Assembly: GCA_963599905.1 (NCBI GenBank)
Contig: CAVBYX010000045.1
Coordinates: 2,870-66,869, forward strand
Origin: Acutalibacteraceae bacterium
GTDB taxonomy: Bacteria; Bacillota; Clostridia; Oscillospirales; Acutalibacteraceae
Reading direction: 5' to 3'
DNA: 64,000 nucleotides
Shown in pieces: positions 25,083 through 36,060 of the stretch. The notes beneath the pieces were generated by a model. It saw only the letters and a program-made list of their open reading frames with translations, did no database searches and was not told where the DNA came from. Every line of letters begins with the position of its first letter. Position 1 is the stretch's first letter. The position numbers and the translations under genes are program-made.

Positions 25083-26744
25083 TTACTTTCTTGTTAAAAG
25101 TCCGTCGGCAAGATCCTGCTTTGCTTGTTTTTTTATTATATAATGTTGTTTTTTGCCTGTTGCGGTGTGTGGAAGTTCGTTTACGAAGCGATAATATTTC
25201 GGTATCTGATACTTTGACAAATTCGGAGAAGAGGAACAGTAATCATGAAGTTCGTCAACAGTCAGATTTTCATCAGCTTTAATCACATAAGCTGCAATTG
25301 ATTCTCCTCGTGTTTTGTCCGGTACACCTGTAACTATACATTCGCTGACTTTTTCGTTACAGTTTATTACCTCTTCGATTCGTGCGGGATAAATATTTTC
25401 GCCTTTGCAAATAATCATATCATCTTTTCTGCCGGCAATAGTAATATACTGCTTTGAATCCCATGTTCCGATATCGCCTGTATACATCCAACCTTTATAG
25501 AATTTTTCTTTGGTTGATTTTTGATTGCCTACATAGCAATATGTTGACTTACCTGGGCTTTTTATAATAATTTCACCCTCAACATTATTGTCTGTCGGAA
25601 CAACTTCATCAGGTTCGGCTTTTTTATCCTCATATACTTTTACTACTCTTACTTCGTCGTCAGTACATGAACGACCGGCTGTACCGGACATTTCGGGTAA
25701 ATCAAACGGTCGCAAAAAAGTATTCCAGAATGTTTCGGTAGTTCCGTAACCGTTGAAAATATTCGGTGTAAGCACTTTTTGAAAACGAATACAAGCTTCC
25801 TTTTCAAGAGGACTGCCCATTGTTACAATTCCTTTAAGCGAAGACAAATCCTTAGGATGCTTTTCTTGTCTTGTGGCAAGCAAAGTCAGAATTGACGGAA
25901 CGCCTGTCATAAAGGTAATTTTGTGTTTTTCGGCATATTCCATACAAACTTTCGGATTAAATGTGCGCATTATAACCAATGAAGCACCGGCATATAATGT
26001 CGGTGTTGGACCTCCGGAATGAAGTCCGCCGCGATGAAACCACGGAGTCATATTCATTGTGACATCAGTAGGATTTATTGGGAAATGCATAATAACGTCA
26101 TGTGCCGACAAAACTTCATTAACATTATTAAGCGGCACGCCTTTGGGAGTACCCGTAGTTCCGGAAGTTTGAAGTCTTACAACTTCATCATATATGTGCG
26201 GCGCAAAATCAATCCTAGGATTATCTTCACTGCCGTTTTTTACAAAATCATCATACAGAATGTGTCCTTCGGGAGGATTAAATTCTTTATTGGAATTATT
26301 TACGGCAACAATTACTGACGGCTTGTGTTTGCACAATTCTATTGCTTTAACAGCGGTCTGTACAACCTCAGAATCATACATATAAACTTTCGGCTTGTTG
26401 TGTTCCATTATTTCAGCGGTTTCACCCGGTGAGAGGTTAAAATTAATCGGATTGGATATAGCACCTATTTTTTGCGACGCTATATAGCCAAAAAGAAATT
26501 CAGGCGAGTTAAAAAGTTGCATCAGAACAATATCGCTTTTATTTACACCGCTTATTTTCAATGTGTTGGCAAGCTTATTGCTTTCGGCGTTGAGCTGTTC
26601 ATATGTCCAACTTTTGTTATTTGTCGGAAAAACAGCTGCATTTTTATATCCAAAACGTCTTACGTTACGCATAAACCCGTTAAGCCAGGTGAATTCACTT
26701 TCAAATGTCTGTTTAAACATTGTGCCGTCATACGTTAAACTCAT
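25083..26744 (-). CDS. AMP-dependent acyl-CoA synthetase / ligase
   Basis: AMP-binding motifs LQTSGTTGTPKGV, GYGTTE, YTGDIG, and the C-terminal GKKQ lysine. Confidence 0.85.
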   Translation of the reverse strand: MSLTYDGTMFKQTFESEFTWLNGFMRNVRRFGYKNAAVFPTNNKSWTYEQLNAESNKLANTLKISGVNKSDIVLMQLFNSPEFLFGYIASQKIGAISNPINFNLSPGETAEIMEHNKPKVYMYDSEVVQTAVKAIELCKHKPSVIVAVNNSNKEFNPPEGHILYDDFVKNGSEDNPRIDFAPHIYDEVVRLQTSGTTGTPKGVPLNNVNEVLSAHDVIMHFPINPTDVTMNMTPWFHRGGLHSGGPTPTLYAGASLVIMRTFNPKVCMEYAEKHKITFMTGVPSILTLLATRQEKHPKDLSSLKGIVTMGSPLEKEACIRFQKVLTPNIFNGYGTTETFWNTFLRPFDLPEMSGTAGRSCTDDEVRVVKVYEDKKAEPDEVVPTDNNVEGEIIIKSPGKSTYCYVGNQKSTKEKFYKGWMYTGDIGTWDSKQYITIAGRKDDMIICKGENIYPARIEEVINCNEKVSECIVTGVPDKTRGESIAAYVIKADENLTVDELHDYCSSSPNLSKYQIPKYYRFVNELPHTATGKKQHYIIKKQAKQDLADGLLTRK

Positions 26745-26762
26745 ATAATGTTCCTCCCGATA

Positions 26763-27983
26763 TCAATATTTTCCAACAATTATACTTGAATTTTGACCGC
26801 CAAAACCGAAAGCATTTGACATAGCATAGTTAATTTCAGCTTTTTTGGCAGTGTTTGCCACTAGATCAACTCCGGAACAGCCCGGATCAACTTCGTTAAG
26901 ATTTATGGTAGGCGGAATTACTCCTGTTTCAATAGCCTTTATACAAGCTATTGTTTCTGTGATTCCGCCGGCGCCCATCATATGTCCCGTGGCACCCTTT
27001 GTAGAACTCACAAACGGTAATTTATCCGCAAAAATATTTTTAATCGCTTCAATTTCAACTGTGTCGCCCTTATTTGTAGCTGTACCGTGTGCATTTACAT
27101 ATCCGATGTCAGACGGATTAAGTTTTGCTTCTGATAACGCTTGCTTCATACAAGCAATTGCACCTCTGCCTTCCGGGTGCGGTGCGGTAACGTGATAAGC
27201 GTCGCTTGTGTTGCCGCAAGACTTTATTTCGGCGTATATCTTAGCTCCGCGGGCAAGTGCGTGTGATTCTGTTTCAATCACAAGTGCTCCGCCGCCTTCG
27301 CCGATTACGAATCCGTCACGGGTTATATCAAACGGTCTGCTTGCGGTTTTTGGTGTATCGTTTCTTCTTGAAAGAGCTTTTGCATTCGCAAGAGAGTAGA
27401 TTACGAGAGGGCAAAGTACCGATTCCGCACCGACTGCAAGCATAACATCGGCTTTTCCCGATTGAATACACATACATGCCATATTAATTGCGTCTCCGCC
27501 GGACGAGCACGCCGTACTGACCGTGAAGCTCGGACCTTGTATATTGTAGTTTATAGATATGTTTGCTGCGGAAATATTACCAAGAATTTTCGGAATAAAT
27601 CTCGGGCCTACTTTTTTATGAGAAGCACCCGAAAGTGCGTCCTGTGTAAACGCAGTTGTTGCAATGCCGCTCATTGCGGTTCCCATAGTTATTCCCGTTC
27701 GTTGCGGAACTATCTCAATGTTACTTTGCTTAATTGCTTCTTCTGCCGAAATGTACGCATATTGCATAAAAGGGTCTGTTTTTCTTATTAAATCCTTAGG
27801 TAAGTAATCCGACGGAACAAAGTTTTTGATTTCACCTGCAATTTGAACAGCAAGGTCTGACGCATCAAAGGACTTGATGGTGTCGATTCCCGACACACCG
27901 GAAGTGATATTATTCCAATAAGTATCAACTCCGATTCCAACGGGTGTTACCGCACCCATACCTGTAACTACAATCTTTTCCAT
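26763..27983 (-). CDS. fabF: Beta-ketoacyl-ACP synthase II (FabF-like)
   Basis: VVTGMGAVTPVG, active-site STACSSGG, NAHGTAT, GHMMGAGG. Start moved to the ATG at 27983 behind GGAGAT. Confidence 0.85.
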   Translation of the reverse strand: MEKIVVTGMGAVTPVGIGVDTYWNNITSGVSGIDTIKSFDASDLAVQIAGEIKNFVPSDYLPKDLIRKTDPFMQYAYISAEEAIKQSNIEIVPQRTGITMGTAMSGIATTAFTQDALSGASHKKVGPRFIPKILGNISAANISINYNIQGPSFTVSTACSSGGDAINMACMCIQSGKADVMLAVGAESVLCPLVIYSLANAKALSRRNDTPKTASRPFDITRDGFVIGEGGGALVIETESHALARGAKIYAEIKSCGNTSDAYHVTAPHPEGRGAIACMKQALSEAKLNPSDIGYVNAHGTATNKGDTVEIEAIKNIFADKLPFVSSTKGATGHMMGAGGITETIACIKAIETGVIPPTINLNEVDPGCSGVDLVANTAKKAEINYAMSNAFGFGGQNSSIIVGKY

Positions 27984-28307
27984 AAAATACAGAATCTCCT
28001 TATTACTTAAATTTAAATAGCTATTTGCATTTTGCATATTGTTATGCTATATTTAGATTATAACAGATGAAATTAAAGATTTCAACATACACTGTAATGC
28101 AAAAAAAGCCGTAAATTAAGTGGTTTTACCATTTTCTGCATAGTATAACGTTGTTCGGATGTCAACCTCGTCTTTCGGGCGACAGATTTTGTAAGGTTTT
28201 TCGGCTTGTGTTTTAATCTTCTGCCGAATTTTCAAGGAGCTAACGTTCATTTTCAACCTTTTGGCAGATTCAAATAACCTCCAAGTTAAAATGAAAGAAG
28301 CGTATTT

Positions 28308-29219
28308 ATGGATATTAATCAACTTGTATACTTTATTTCAGTAGCACAGACTCTTAATTTTTCGGAAGCCGCACGTCGAAATTATGTTTCGCAATCAACG
28401 GTAAGTCGTTATGTCAGTGACCTCGAAAGAGAATTCGGAGTTAAACTTTTTACTCGTTCTCACCGTGATGTGGTGATTACCAATGAAGGGAAAACATTGT
28501 TACCGTATGCCGTTGAAACGGTTGAAACCTTAAATAAGGCGAAAAATGTAATCAAACAAATGCGTGACGGCGGAAACGGAAAATTAACAGTTGCTAATGA
28601 TGTCACTTCCCTGAGCTTTCCGTCCAAATGTGTTGCGGAATTCAGTCATAAATATTCCGGTGTCACCATTGACTTTTGTCAGCTTGACGTTAATAATATT
28701 ACACAAAATATAATCGGCGAAGAATATGACTTTTGTTTTATGCCGCGTGATATGTTACCTGAAAACACAGAAATAGATTCTGTATTGACACACGTCGAAC
28801 CGTTAGCGGTTATCGCTTCAAAGGACGGAAAGTTCGGAAAGCGTAACCGCATCAGTTTCAGCGAGCTTGCGGATGAAAAACTGTTGCTTTTATCTGAGTC
28901 GATAGCTCCGATATTGTATATGGAAATAATGGATTTGTTACGTACATTCCATATTTCACCTGCAATTGAGAGTACGTATAACGACCTCGTATCGTTATAT
29001 ATCGGTGTAAATGCAGATATCGGTGTTACTATTCTTCCAAAATCATTCGCCGAATATTCAACCAACGAGCACACAAAAACCATTTTAATAGAAGACACCG
29101 ATACGGGCGTTCCTTATGTTATGGCTTGGTCAAAAAACATTTCAAATTCGGTTGCAAGATTATTCTTAAATGTTGCAAAACACTTTGCAAAAGGTGATGA
29201 AGACATATTCGGTTTATAG
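28308..29219 (+). CDS. LysR-family transcriptional regulator
   Basis: MDINQLVYFISVAQTLNFSEAARRNYVSQSTVSRYV HTH. Divergent from the KAS operon. Confidence 0.9.
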   Translation: MDINQLVYFISVAQTLNFSEAARRNYVSQSTVSRYVSDLEREFGVKLFTRSHRDVVITNEGKTLLPYAVETVETLNKAKNVIKQMRDGGNGKLTVANDVTSLSFPSKCVAEFSHKYSGVTIDFCQLDVNNITQNIIGEEYDFCFMPRDMLPENTEIDSVLTHVEPLAVIASKDGKFGKRNRISFSELADEKLLLLSESIAPILYMEIMDLLRTFHISPAIESTYNDLVSLYIGVNADIGVTILPKSFAEYSTNEHTKTILIEDTDTGVPYVMAWSKNISNSVARLFLNVAKHFAKGDEDIFGL

Positions 29220-29418
29220 AATTAGTAATCAATTATTTTTATTTTAACAATGCTTTGATTTGTTTTTTATTAACACGGTATTATGCAGTATACCGTGTTA
29301 ATTATTTGTGCTTAACTTTATATAAACACAATTTAGCAAAATATCCCTTGTTTTCCTTTACAAAACGCACAATATATTGTATTATATAGATACTTATAAT
29401 ATAGTGGGGTGTTGTACT

Positions 29419-30132
29419 ATGAAACCAAAATATAAAAGAGTATTATTAAAACTTTCCGGTGAGTCGCTTGCGGGTAATTTAAAACACGGAATCGATTTTG
29501 ATACGGTTATTAAGATTTGTGAACCGATAAAAAAATGTGTCGATGCAGGTGTTGAAGTGGCAATAGTTGTTGGCGGCGGCAATTTTTGGCGCGGCAGAAG
29601 TTCCGGAGAAATGGACAGAACAAGAGCAGATCATATGGGAATGCTTGCAACCGCTATCAATGCTTTGGGTGTTGCCGATGCTTTGGAGCAACTTGATGTT
29701 GTTGTAAGAGTTCAAACCGCTATTTCCATGCATCAGGTTGCCGAGCCGTATATAAGAAACAAGGCCATACGCCACCTTGAAAAGGGAAGAGTTGTGATCT
29801 TTGGTTGCGGAACAGGAAACCCGTTTTTCAGCACAGATACCGCTGCAGCTTTAAGAGCAGCCGAAATGGAAGCCGATATTATTATGAAAGCAACAATGGT
29901 TGACGGCGTTTATGACAGCGACCCGAAAACTAACCCTGATGCAAAAAAATATGATACCGTTTCGTATCACGAGGTTTTGAATAAAGACCTTGCCGTAATG
30001 GACAGTACGGCGGCTTCGCTTTGCAAGGATAACAACATTCCGATTTTGGTTTTCAGCATTGAAAACCCTGAAAATATTTATAAGGCAGTATGCGGTGAAA
30101 ACATCGGTACTGTCGTAAACAGTGAAGATTAA
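29419..30132 (+). CDS. pyrH: UMP kinase
   Basis: [33 protein letters not shown]. Start moved to 29419. Confidence 0.95.
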   Translation: MKPKYKRVLLKLSGESLAGNLKHGIDFDTVIKICEPIKKCVDAGVEVAIVVGGGNFWRGRSSGEMDRTRADHMGMLATAINALGVADALEQLDVVVRVQTAISMHQVAEPYIRNKAIRHLEKGRVVIFGCGTGNPFFSTDTAAALRAAEMEADIIMKATMVDGVYDSDPKTNPDAKKYDTVSYHEVLNKDLAVMDSTAASLCKDNNIPILVFSIENPENIYKAVCGENIGTVVNSED

Positions 30133-30178
30133 TTAACGCACATATCGCTTTAAATTCAGAAATCAGGAGGCATAAAGC

Positions 30179-30733
30179 ATGCAGGAACAATTAAAAAAAG
30201 CAGAAGAAAGAATGAACAGAAGACTTGACCATATGTGTCAGGATTTTTCGGAAATAAGAGCGGGAAGAGCAAATCCGGCGGTTCTTGACAAAATTAAAGT
30301 TGATTATTACGGCACCCCTACACCTGTAAATCAGCTTGCTGCCGTTTCGGTAACAGAAGCACGCACCCTTACAATTCAGCCGTGGGACGTTTCGGTACTC
30401 AAACAGGTTGAAAAAGCCATTCAGACTTCTGATATCGGCATTAATCCACAAAATGACGGAAAAATTATCAGACTTATTTTCCCGCCGCTTACCGAAGACA
30501 GACGTAAGGAAATCGTTAAGGATGTACAGAAAATTGCCGAGGAAACAAAGATTCAAATCAGAAATGTCAGACGTGATACGATTGAAAAATTAAAAGCCTT
30601 GAAAAAAACAGGCGATTTAACAGAAGATGATTTGAAGCTCGGCGAGAAGAAAACTCAGGATTTGACAGATAAATTTGTCAAAAATGTTGATAAAATTTCG
30701 GCAGACAAACAAAAAGAAATCTTGGAGATGTAA
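30179..30733 (+). CDS. frr: Ribosome recycling factor
   Basis: FSEIRAGRANPAVLD, IRNVRRD. 184 aa. Confidence 0.95.
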   Translation: MQEQLKKAEERMNRRLDHMCQDFSEIRAGRANPAVLDKIKVDYYGTPTPVNQLAAVSVTEARTLTIQPWDVSVLKQVEKAIQTSDIGINPQNDGKIIRLIFPPLTEDRRKEIVKDVQKIAEETKIQIRNVRRDTIEKLKALKKTGDLTEDDLKLGEKKTQDLTDKFVKNVDKISADKQKEILEM

Positions 30734-30734
30734 T

Positions 30735-31487
30735 ATGGCTTTCTTTTCAAGAAATAAAGATAAAAATCATAATGCGGATTTGTCGGATATACAAATTCCC
30801 GTCCACGTCGGAATTATTATGGACGGCAACGGGCGTTGGGCAAAAAAACGCGGTCTTCCGCGAAAGGCAGGACACTCCGAGGGAGCTAAGACTTTCCGAA
30901 AGATTACCCGTTATTGTTCCGAGGTAGGCATAAAGTATCTGACTGTTTATGCTTTTTCGACAGAAAACTGGAAACGACCGCAGGATGAAGTAAATTCTTT
31001 GATGAAGCTGTTTAAGTCATATTTGGAAGAAGCTCTGAGTGACTTTAAAGATGACGACATTGTTGTAAAATTCATCGGAGATAAATCTCATTTTACCGAA
31101 GATTTGCAACAGCTTATGATTGAAAACGAAGAGAGTTCAAAGAACCGTAGCGGAATGGTTTTGAATATTGCAATGAATTACGGCAGCCGAGATGAAATTG
31201 TCAGAGCCGTAAAAAATATTTGTTCGGATGTAAATCAACACAAAATCTCAAATTCGGATATTGATGAAAATCTAATTTCAAATTATTTATACACAGCGGG
31301 TCAACCCGACCCGGATCTGATTATCAGACCCAGCGGCGAATACAGAATATCCAATTTTATGTTGTGGCAAGCCGCTTATACCGAGTTCGTTATTATGAAT
31401 AAGCTTTGGCCGGATTTTCAAAAATCCGATTTGGACGAAGCACTGAGGATTTATTCTCACCGAAGCAGGCGTTACGGTGGAGTATAG
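30735..31487 (+). CDS. uppS: Isoprenyl transferase (undecaprenyl-diphosphate synthase)
   Basis: HVGIIMDGNGRWAKKRGLPR, FSTENWKRP, IRPSGEYRISNFMLWQ. Confidence 0.95.
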   Translation: MAFFSRNKDKNHNADLSDIQIPVHVGIIMDGNGRWAKKRGLPRKAGHSEGAKTFRKITRYCSEVGIKYLTVYAFSTENWKRPQDEVNSLMKLFKSYLEEALSDFKDDDIVVKFIGDKSHFTEDLQQLMIENEESSKNRSGMVLNIAMNYGSRDEIVRAVKNICSDVNQHKISNSDIDENLISNYLYTAGQPDPDLIIRPSGEYRISNFMLWQAAYTEFVIMNKLWPDFQKSDLDEALRIYSHRSRRYGGV

Positions 31488-31547
31488 CGAGTGCGGATTT
31501 AAATTTGCTTTTTCTTTTAAAAATAAATACGTGTATTTTAAAGAAAG

Positions 31548-32390
31548 TTGATGTGTATGAAATCATTGAAACCACGGTTGCTGACTGCAACAGTAGGCAT
31601 ATCGGCAATGTTAATTATAATGTTTGCATCGGTATATTTGAGTCCGATTATTGTAACAATAGTAATCGGATTTTGTTCGGCATTTATGGTCGGAGAATAT
31701 CTGTATGCTAAAAATTTGCTGAAAAATTATCCGTTTTCGATTCCTTGTATGGCTTTTGCTTTTGTTCTTCCGCTTGTAATTACCACTCAATATCTGCATT
31801 TGATTTTATATGCGGTAATGATAATCGAATTTTTTGTTATAATTATCAGCCATAAAAAGCTAACGTATCACGACCTTTCGTATTCTTTGTTCGGTACGCT
31901 TCTCATATCATTCGGTATGTCTTCCGTTGCTGTTATGTGTAATGATAAAAGAACTGTAATTTTCTACTTTGTTCTTGCCTTTTTGTTGCCGTGGATGGCA
32001 GACGCAGGCGGATTTTTTATCGGAGCCGCTTTTGGCTCACACAAACTTTGCCCGAACATCAGTCCCAAAAAAACAATAGAAGGCGCAATAGGCGGTGTGA
32101 TTTTCTGCATCTTATCCGCCGTATCAATGGGAATTGTGTTTCAATATATCATTATGCCTGATATCACAATAAATCTGTGGGCACTTGCAATTCTCGGTTT
32201 TATTGACGCTCCGCTGTCTATACTCGGTGACCTGAGCTTTTCTCTTATTAAACGAAGTCTTGATATAAAGGATTACGGTTCTGTTTTTCCGGGGCACGGC
32301 GGTATGCTTGACAGATGTGACAGTATAATTTTCACGGCACCCGCTGTTGTTTTGGTGGGTCAATTTATACCTTTTATAACATTGGGGTAA
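31548..32390 (+). CDS. cdsA: Phosphatidate cytidylyltransferase
   Basis: ISPKKTIEGAIGG and PGHGGMLDRCDS signatures. Exact start ambiguous (31548 or 31557). Confidence 0.9.
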   Translation: MMCMKSLKPRLLTATVGISAMLIIMFASVYLSPIIVTIVIGFCSAFMVGEYLYAKNLLKNYPFSIPCMAFAFVLPLVITTQYLHLILYAVMIIEFFVIIISHKKLTYHDLSYSLFGTLLISFGMSSVAVMCNDKRTVIFYFVLAFLLPWMADAGGFFIGAAFGSHKLCPNISPKKTIEGAIGGVIFCILSAVSMGIVFQYIIMPDITINLWALAILGFIDAPLSILGDLSFSLIKRSLDIKDYGSVFPGHGGMLDRCDSIIFTAPAVVLVGQFIPFITLG

Positions 32391-32392
32391 TT

Positions 32393-33541
32393 ATGATTAA
32401 TAATATTTCTATTTTAGGTTCTACAGGTTCAATCGGCACACAAACTCTTGATGTTGTCGATAAGCTCGGTTTAAAGGTTTCCGCACTGGCTGCCTTTGGC
32501 AACATTAAAAAGCTTGAAGAACAGGTGCGAAAATACAAACCTTTGCTTGCCGTTGTTTTTGATGAAGAAAAAGCAAAAGAGTTTAAGGTCTATGTCAGCG
32601 ATACCGATACCGAGGTGCTGAGCGGAATGGACGGACTTATTGCCGCTTCTCAAATAAATCAGGCGCAGCTGATTGTTAATTCGGTTGTCGGAATGGTTGG
32701 TTTGCAGCCGACGATTGCTGCTGCCCAAGCAAAAAAAGATATTGCTCTCGCAAATAAAGAAACATTGGTTGCAGGCGGTGCACTTGTTACCGATGCAATA
32801 AAAGATAACGGTGTTAAATTGTTACCTGTTGACAGCGAACATTCTGCTGTTTTTCAGTGTATTCAGGGAATGTCGGATAAAAAATTCCTCAAAAAACTGA
32901 TTTTAACCGCTTCCGGTGGGCCGTTCTTCGGTAAGACAGAAGAAGATTTAAAGAATGTTACGGTTGAGCAAGCCTTAAATCATCCAAACTGGAGTATGGG
33001 TGCAAAAATCACAATTGATTCTGCAACAATGATGAATAAAGGACTTGAGATAATAGAGGCAAGGTGGTTGTTTGATGTCCCTGCAAAGGATATTGACGTC
33101 GTTGTCCACCGTGAAAGCATTATACATTCTATGATAGAATATAATGATAATTCGGTAATTGCTCAGCTTGGTCTTCCTGATATGAGAATCCCGATTCAGT
33201 ATGCAATTACATATCCAAAAAGATATGAATCGCCTGTAGGCGAACTTAATTTGGCTCAGATTGGCAAGCTTACATTCTTCGAACCGGATTACAACACATT
33301 TAAATGCCTGCGTGCTTGCAAAAAGGCAATTGATGCGGGAGGAGTTGCTACTGCAATTGCAAACGGAGCAAATGAGGTGGCAAATTTGCTTTTCAGAGAA
33401 GGAAAAGTTTCTTTCCTTGAGATAGGCGACTTGGTTATGGGTGCGGTTGATAATATTACAAACTTTGAACCAAAGTGCGTCAATGATGTTTTAAAAGCCG
33501 ATGCGCTTGCAAGACAGTATGTTATTGACATTGTAAAGTGA
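32393..33541 (+). CDS. dxr: 1-deoxy-D-xylulose-5-phosphate reductoisomerase
   Basis: ILGSTGSIGTQTLDV, LANKETLV, PVDSEHSA, NHPNWSMG. Confidence 0.95.
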   Translation: MINNISILGSTGSIGTQTLDVVDKLGLKVSALAAFGNIKKLEEQVRKYKPLLAVVFDEEKAKEFKVYVSDTDTEVLSGMDGLIAASQINQAQLIVNSVVGMVGLQPTIAAAQAKKDIALANKETLVAGGALVTDAIKDNGVKLLPVDSEHSAVFQCIQGMSDKKFLKKLILTASGGPFFGKTEEDLKNVTVEQALNHPNWSMGAKITIDSATMMNKGLEIIEARWLFDVPAKDIDVVVHRESIIHSMIEYNDNSVIAQLGLPDMRIPIQYAITYPKRYESPVGELNLAQIGKLTFFEPDYNTFKCLRACKKAIDAGGVATAIANGANEVANLLFREGKVSFLEIGDLVMGAVDNITNFEPKCVNDVLKADALARQYVIDIVK

Positions 33542-33577
33542 TTTTGCGGTAATTTATTTTGGAGTTGAATTGTTTTA

Positions 33578-34963
33578 ATGCAGGTATTAATTATCATAGC
33601 CTTAATAATAATCGGCGTATTCCTTTTTGAACTGATTATTTTTTCACATGAACTAGGTCATTTTATTACCGCAAAGCTTTCAGGCGTAAAGGTCAATGAG
33701 TTTGCACTCGGTATGGGCCCGAGACTTTTTGGATTTACAAAGGGTGAAACCAAGTATTCTTTTCGGTTGTTTCCGATCGGCGGTTACTGTGCAATGGAAG
33801 GCGAGGACGAAGAAAGCGACAATCCCCGTGCTTTTAATAATGCAAAAATATGGAAGAGGATGATTATAATCATAGCAGGTGCTGTTATGAACATTATTCT
33901 CGGATTTCTTCTGATGTTTATATATACAGTTCAGTCAGACAGTTACGCCTCAACCACAATTCAGGAGTTTGTGCCGAACTCCTTTTCTGCTAATTGCGGT
34001 TTGAAAGCAGGCGATAAAATTGTCGATGTTAACGGCTATTCAATTTGGAATTCAAGAGATTTGCAGTTTAGTCTTGCAACTTTAAAATGTCAGGAAGTTG
34101 ACGGACATTCTGTCGAAATATATAAACAGGACTGTGCAATTGAAGCGTGCAACGCCTATAAAAAGGTCGTAGCCGACGAAAATCCCGATAAATATACACT
34201 AAAGGATTTTTACAAAGTTTTGCAGGATTCATGCAACAAAATAAACGGGTCAGAAACAAAGAACGAGGCATATGATTATTTGCTTGAGGGCTTAAAAAAT
34301 ATTTACGGATATTTTGAGAACTCAAACTATGATTACGATAATCCACAAATTATCGAACAAGACACTCGCAAGAGGTTCTCTGCTGATTTTACGGTGATTC
34401 GCAACGGAGAAAAAGTAAATATCAGTGATGTTCAGATGTATACTTACTATGCAAATGAAGAATCAAAAGAGAATGATACTCCGTCTTTGGCTTTTGATTT
34501 TTATCTTAAAAGTATAGATAAAAATTTCGGTTCTGTAATCGAGCAAACTTTTACCGGAACCTGTTCCATGGCTAAAACCGTTTGGACATCTCTGGTATGG
34601 CTTGTTCAGGGACGATTTGCTTTTACTGATTTATCAGGCCCTGTCGGCATTGCAACAGCAGTTACCACAGTGGCTTCAAAGGGACTTGAAACAGGGTTTT
34701 TGAGTGCTGTAAACAACATTCTGTTTGTAATGATTCTGATTACCGTCAATCTCGGTATTGTTAATATGTTACCGTTTCCGGCACTTGACGGCGGAAGATT
34801 TTTATTCTTGCTTATCGAAGGAATATTCCGCAAACCGATTCCGCGTAAGGTTGAGCAGATTGTAAACGCAGCAGGCTTAATAATTTTAATTTTATTTATG
34901 ATTGTAATATCATTTAAAGATGTATGGCAGCTTATAACCGGAACAATGCCGGGAATGAGTTGA
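33578..34963 (+). CDS. rseP: RIP (site-2) zinc metalloprotease RseP/RasP
   Basis: HELGHF zinc motif, central PDZ-like region, C-terminal NMLPFPALDGG. Confidence 0.85.
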   Translation: MQVLIIIALIIIGVFLFELIIFSHELGHFITAKLSGVKVNEFALGMGPRLFGFTKGETKYSFRLFPIGGYCAMEGEDEESDNPRAFNNAKIWKRMIIIIAGAVMNIILGFLLMFIYTVQSDSYASTTIQEFVPNSFSANCGLKAGDKIVDVNGYSIWNSRDLQFSLATLKCQEVDGHSVEIYKQDCAIEACNAYKKVVADENPDKYTLKDFYKVLQDSCNKINGSETKNEAYDYLLEGLKNIYGYFENSNYDYDNPQIIEQDTRKRFSADFTVIRNGEKVNISDVQMYTYYANEESKENDTPSLAFDFYLKSIDKNFGSVIEQTFTGTCSMAKTVWTSLVWLVQGRFAFTDLSGPVGIATAVTTVASKGLETGFLSAVNNILFVMILITVNLGIVNMLPFPALDGGRFLFLLIEGIFRKPIPRKVEQIVNAAGLIILILFMIVISFKDVWQLITGTMPGMS

Positions 34964-34973
34964 CGGAGGAAAT

Positions 34974-36017
34974 ATGAGCAGTAAAATTCAGGTAAATGCA
35001 GGAAATGTAAAAATCGGCGGCGGGGCAGATGTTTCAATTCAGTCAATGCTGAACATTCCGTCAACAGATATAGAAGGTTCTGTTAATCAGGCTAAAAGAC
35101 TGGAAGCCGCAGGATGTCAGATTATCAGAGCGGCAATCCCGAATATGGACGCGGTTAAATTGATTCCGTCTTTAAAAGAAGCGGTAAGCGTTCCGATTGT
35201 TGCGGATATACACTTTAATTACAAGCTGGCACTTGAAGCATGTGCAGCCGGAATTGATAAAATACGCATTAACCCTGGCAATATCGGTTCAGACGATAGG
35301 GTTAAGGCGGTAGCGCAGGCATGCAAGGCAAAAAACATTCCTATTCGCATCGGTGTTAATTCGGGTTCACTCGAAAAGGATATCCTTGCAAAATACGGTC
35401 ATCCTACTCCGCAAGCATTGTGCGACAGCGCACTGTACCATGCTTCGCTTTTAGAAAAATTTGATTTTCATGATATAGTTTTATCCATGAAAAGCTCGAC
35501 GGTTTCGACTATGATAGAGGCGTATGAGCTTGCTTCTCTGCAGTGCGATTATCCGCTTCATCTCGGTGTTACCGAAGCGGGAACCGAACGCATGGGACTA
35601 ATTAAATCCTCAGCCGGCATAGGTTCGCTTTTGTTGCACGGAATCGGCGATACTATTCGTGTATCGCTTACTGCCGACCCTGTGCGTGAAGTTTATGCCG
35701 CAAAAGATATATTAAAAGCACTTGATATTGATAAAAGCGGAGTACAGTTTGTTTCATGCCCAACCTGCGGCAGAACAAGAATAAATCTCGTAAAAATTGC
35801 AGACGAAGTGGAAGAGAAACTGAGAGACTGCAATAAAAATATAAAGGTTGCCGTTATGGGTTGTGTAGTAAACGGGCCTGGAGAGGCTCGAGAAGCCGAT
35901 ATCGGAATTGCCGGCGGTGACGGATGCGGTCTTATTTTCAAAAAAGGAGAAATCCTTTACAAAGTTCCTGAAGACAAACTTGTAGACGCACTTATTGACG
36001 AGATAAATAAACTTTAA
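34974..36017 (+). CDS. ispG: 4-hydroxy-3-methylbut-2-en-1-yl diphosphate synthase
   Basis: IQSMLN, VADIHFNY, RINPGNIG, CPTCGRT, MGCVVNGPGE. Confidence 0.95.
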   Translation: MSSKIQVNAGNVKIGGGADVSIQSMLNIPSTDIEGSVNQAKRLEAAGCQIIRAAIPNMDAVKLIPSLKEAVSVPIVADIHFNYKLALEACAAGIDKIRINPGNIGSDDRVKAVAQACKAKNIPIRIGVNSGSLEKDILAKYGHPTPQALCDSALYHASLLEKFDFHDIVLSMKSSTVSTMIEAYELASLQCDYPLHLGVTEAGTERMGLIKSSAGIGSLLLHGIGDTIRVSLTADPVREVYAAKDILKALDIDKSGVQFVSCPTCGRTRINLVKIADEVEEKLRDCNKNIKVAVMGCVVNGPGEAREADIGIAGGDGCGLIFKKGEILYKVPEDKLVDALIDEINKL

Positions 36018-36060
36018 TATATTTGAATATACTGTATTTTGAAAAGTTATAAGGAAGAGT

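Noticed and set aside
28116-28322. 68-aa minus-strand ORF overlapping the LysR start.
   Set aside because: It overlaps the LysR start codon region, has no convincing RBS and has no motif. It is probably part of the divergent promoter region.
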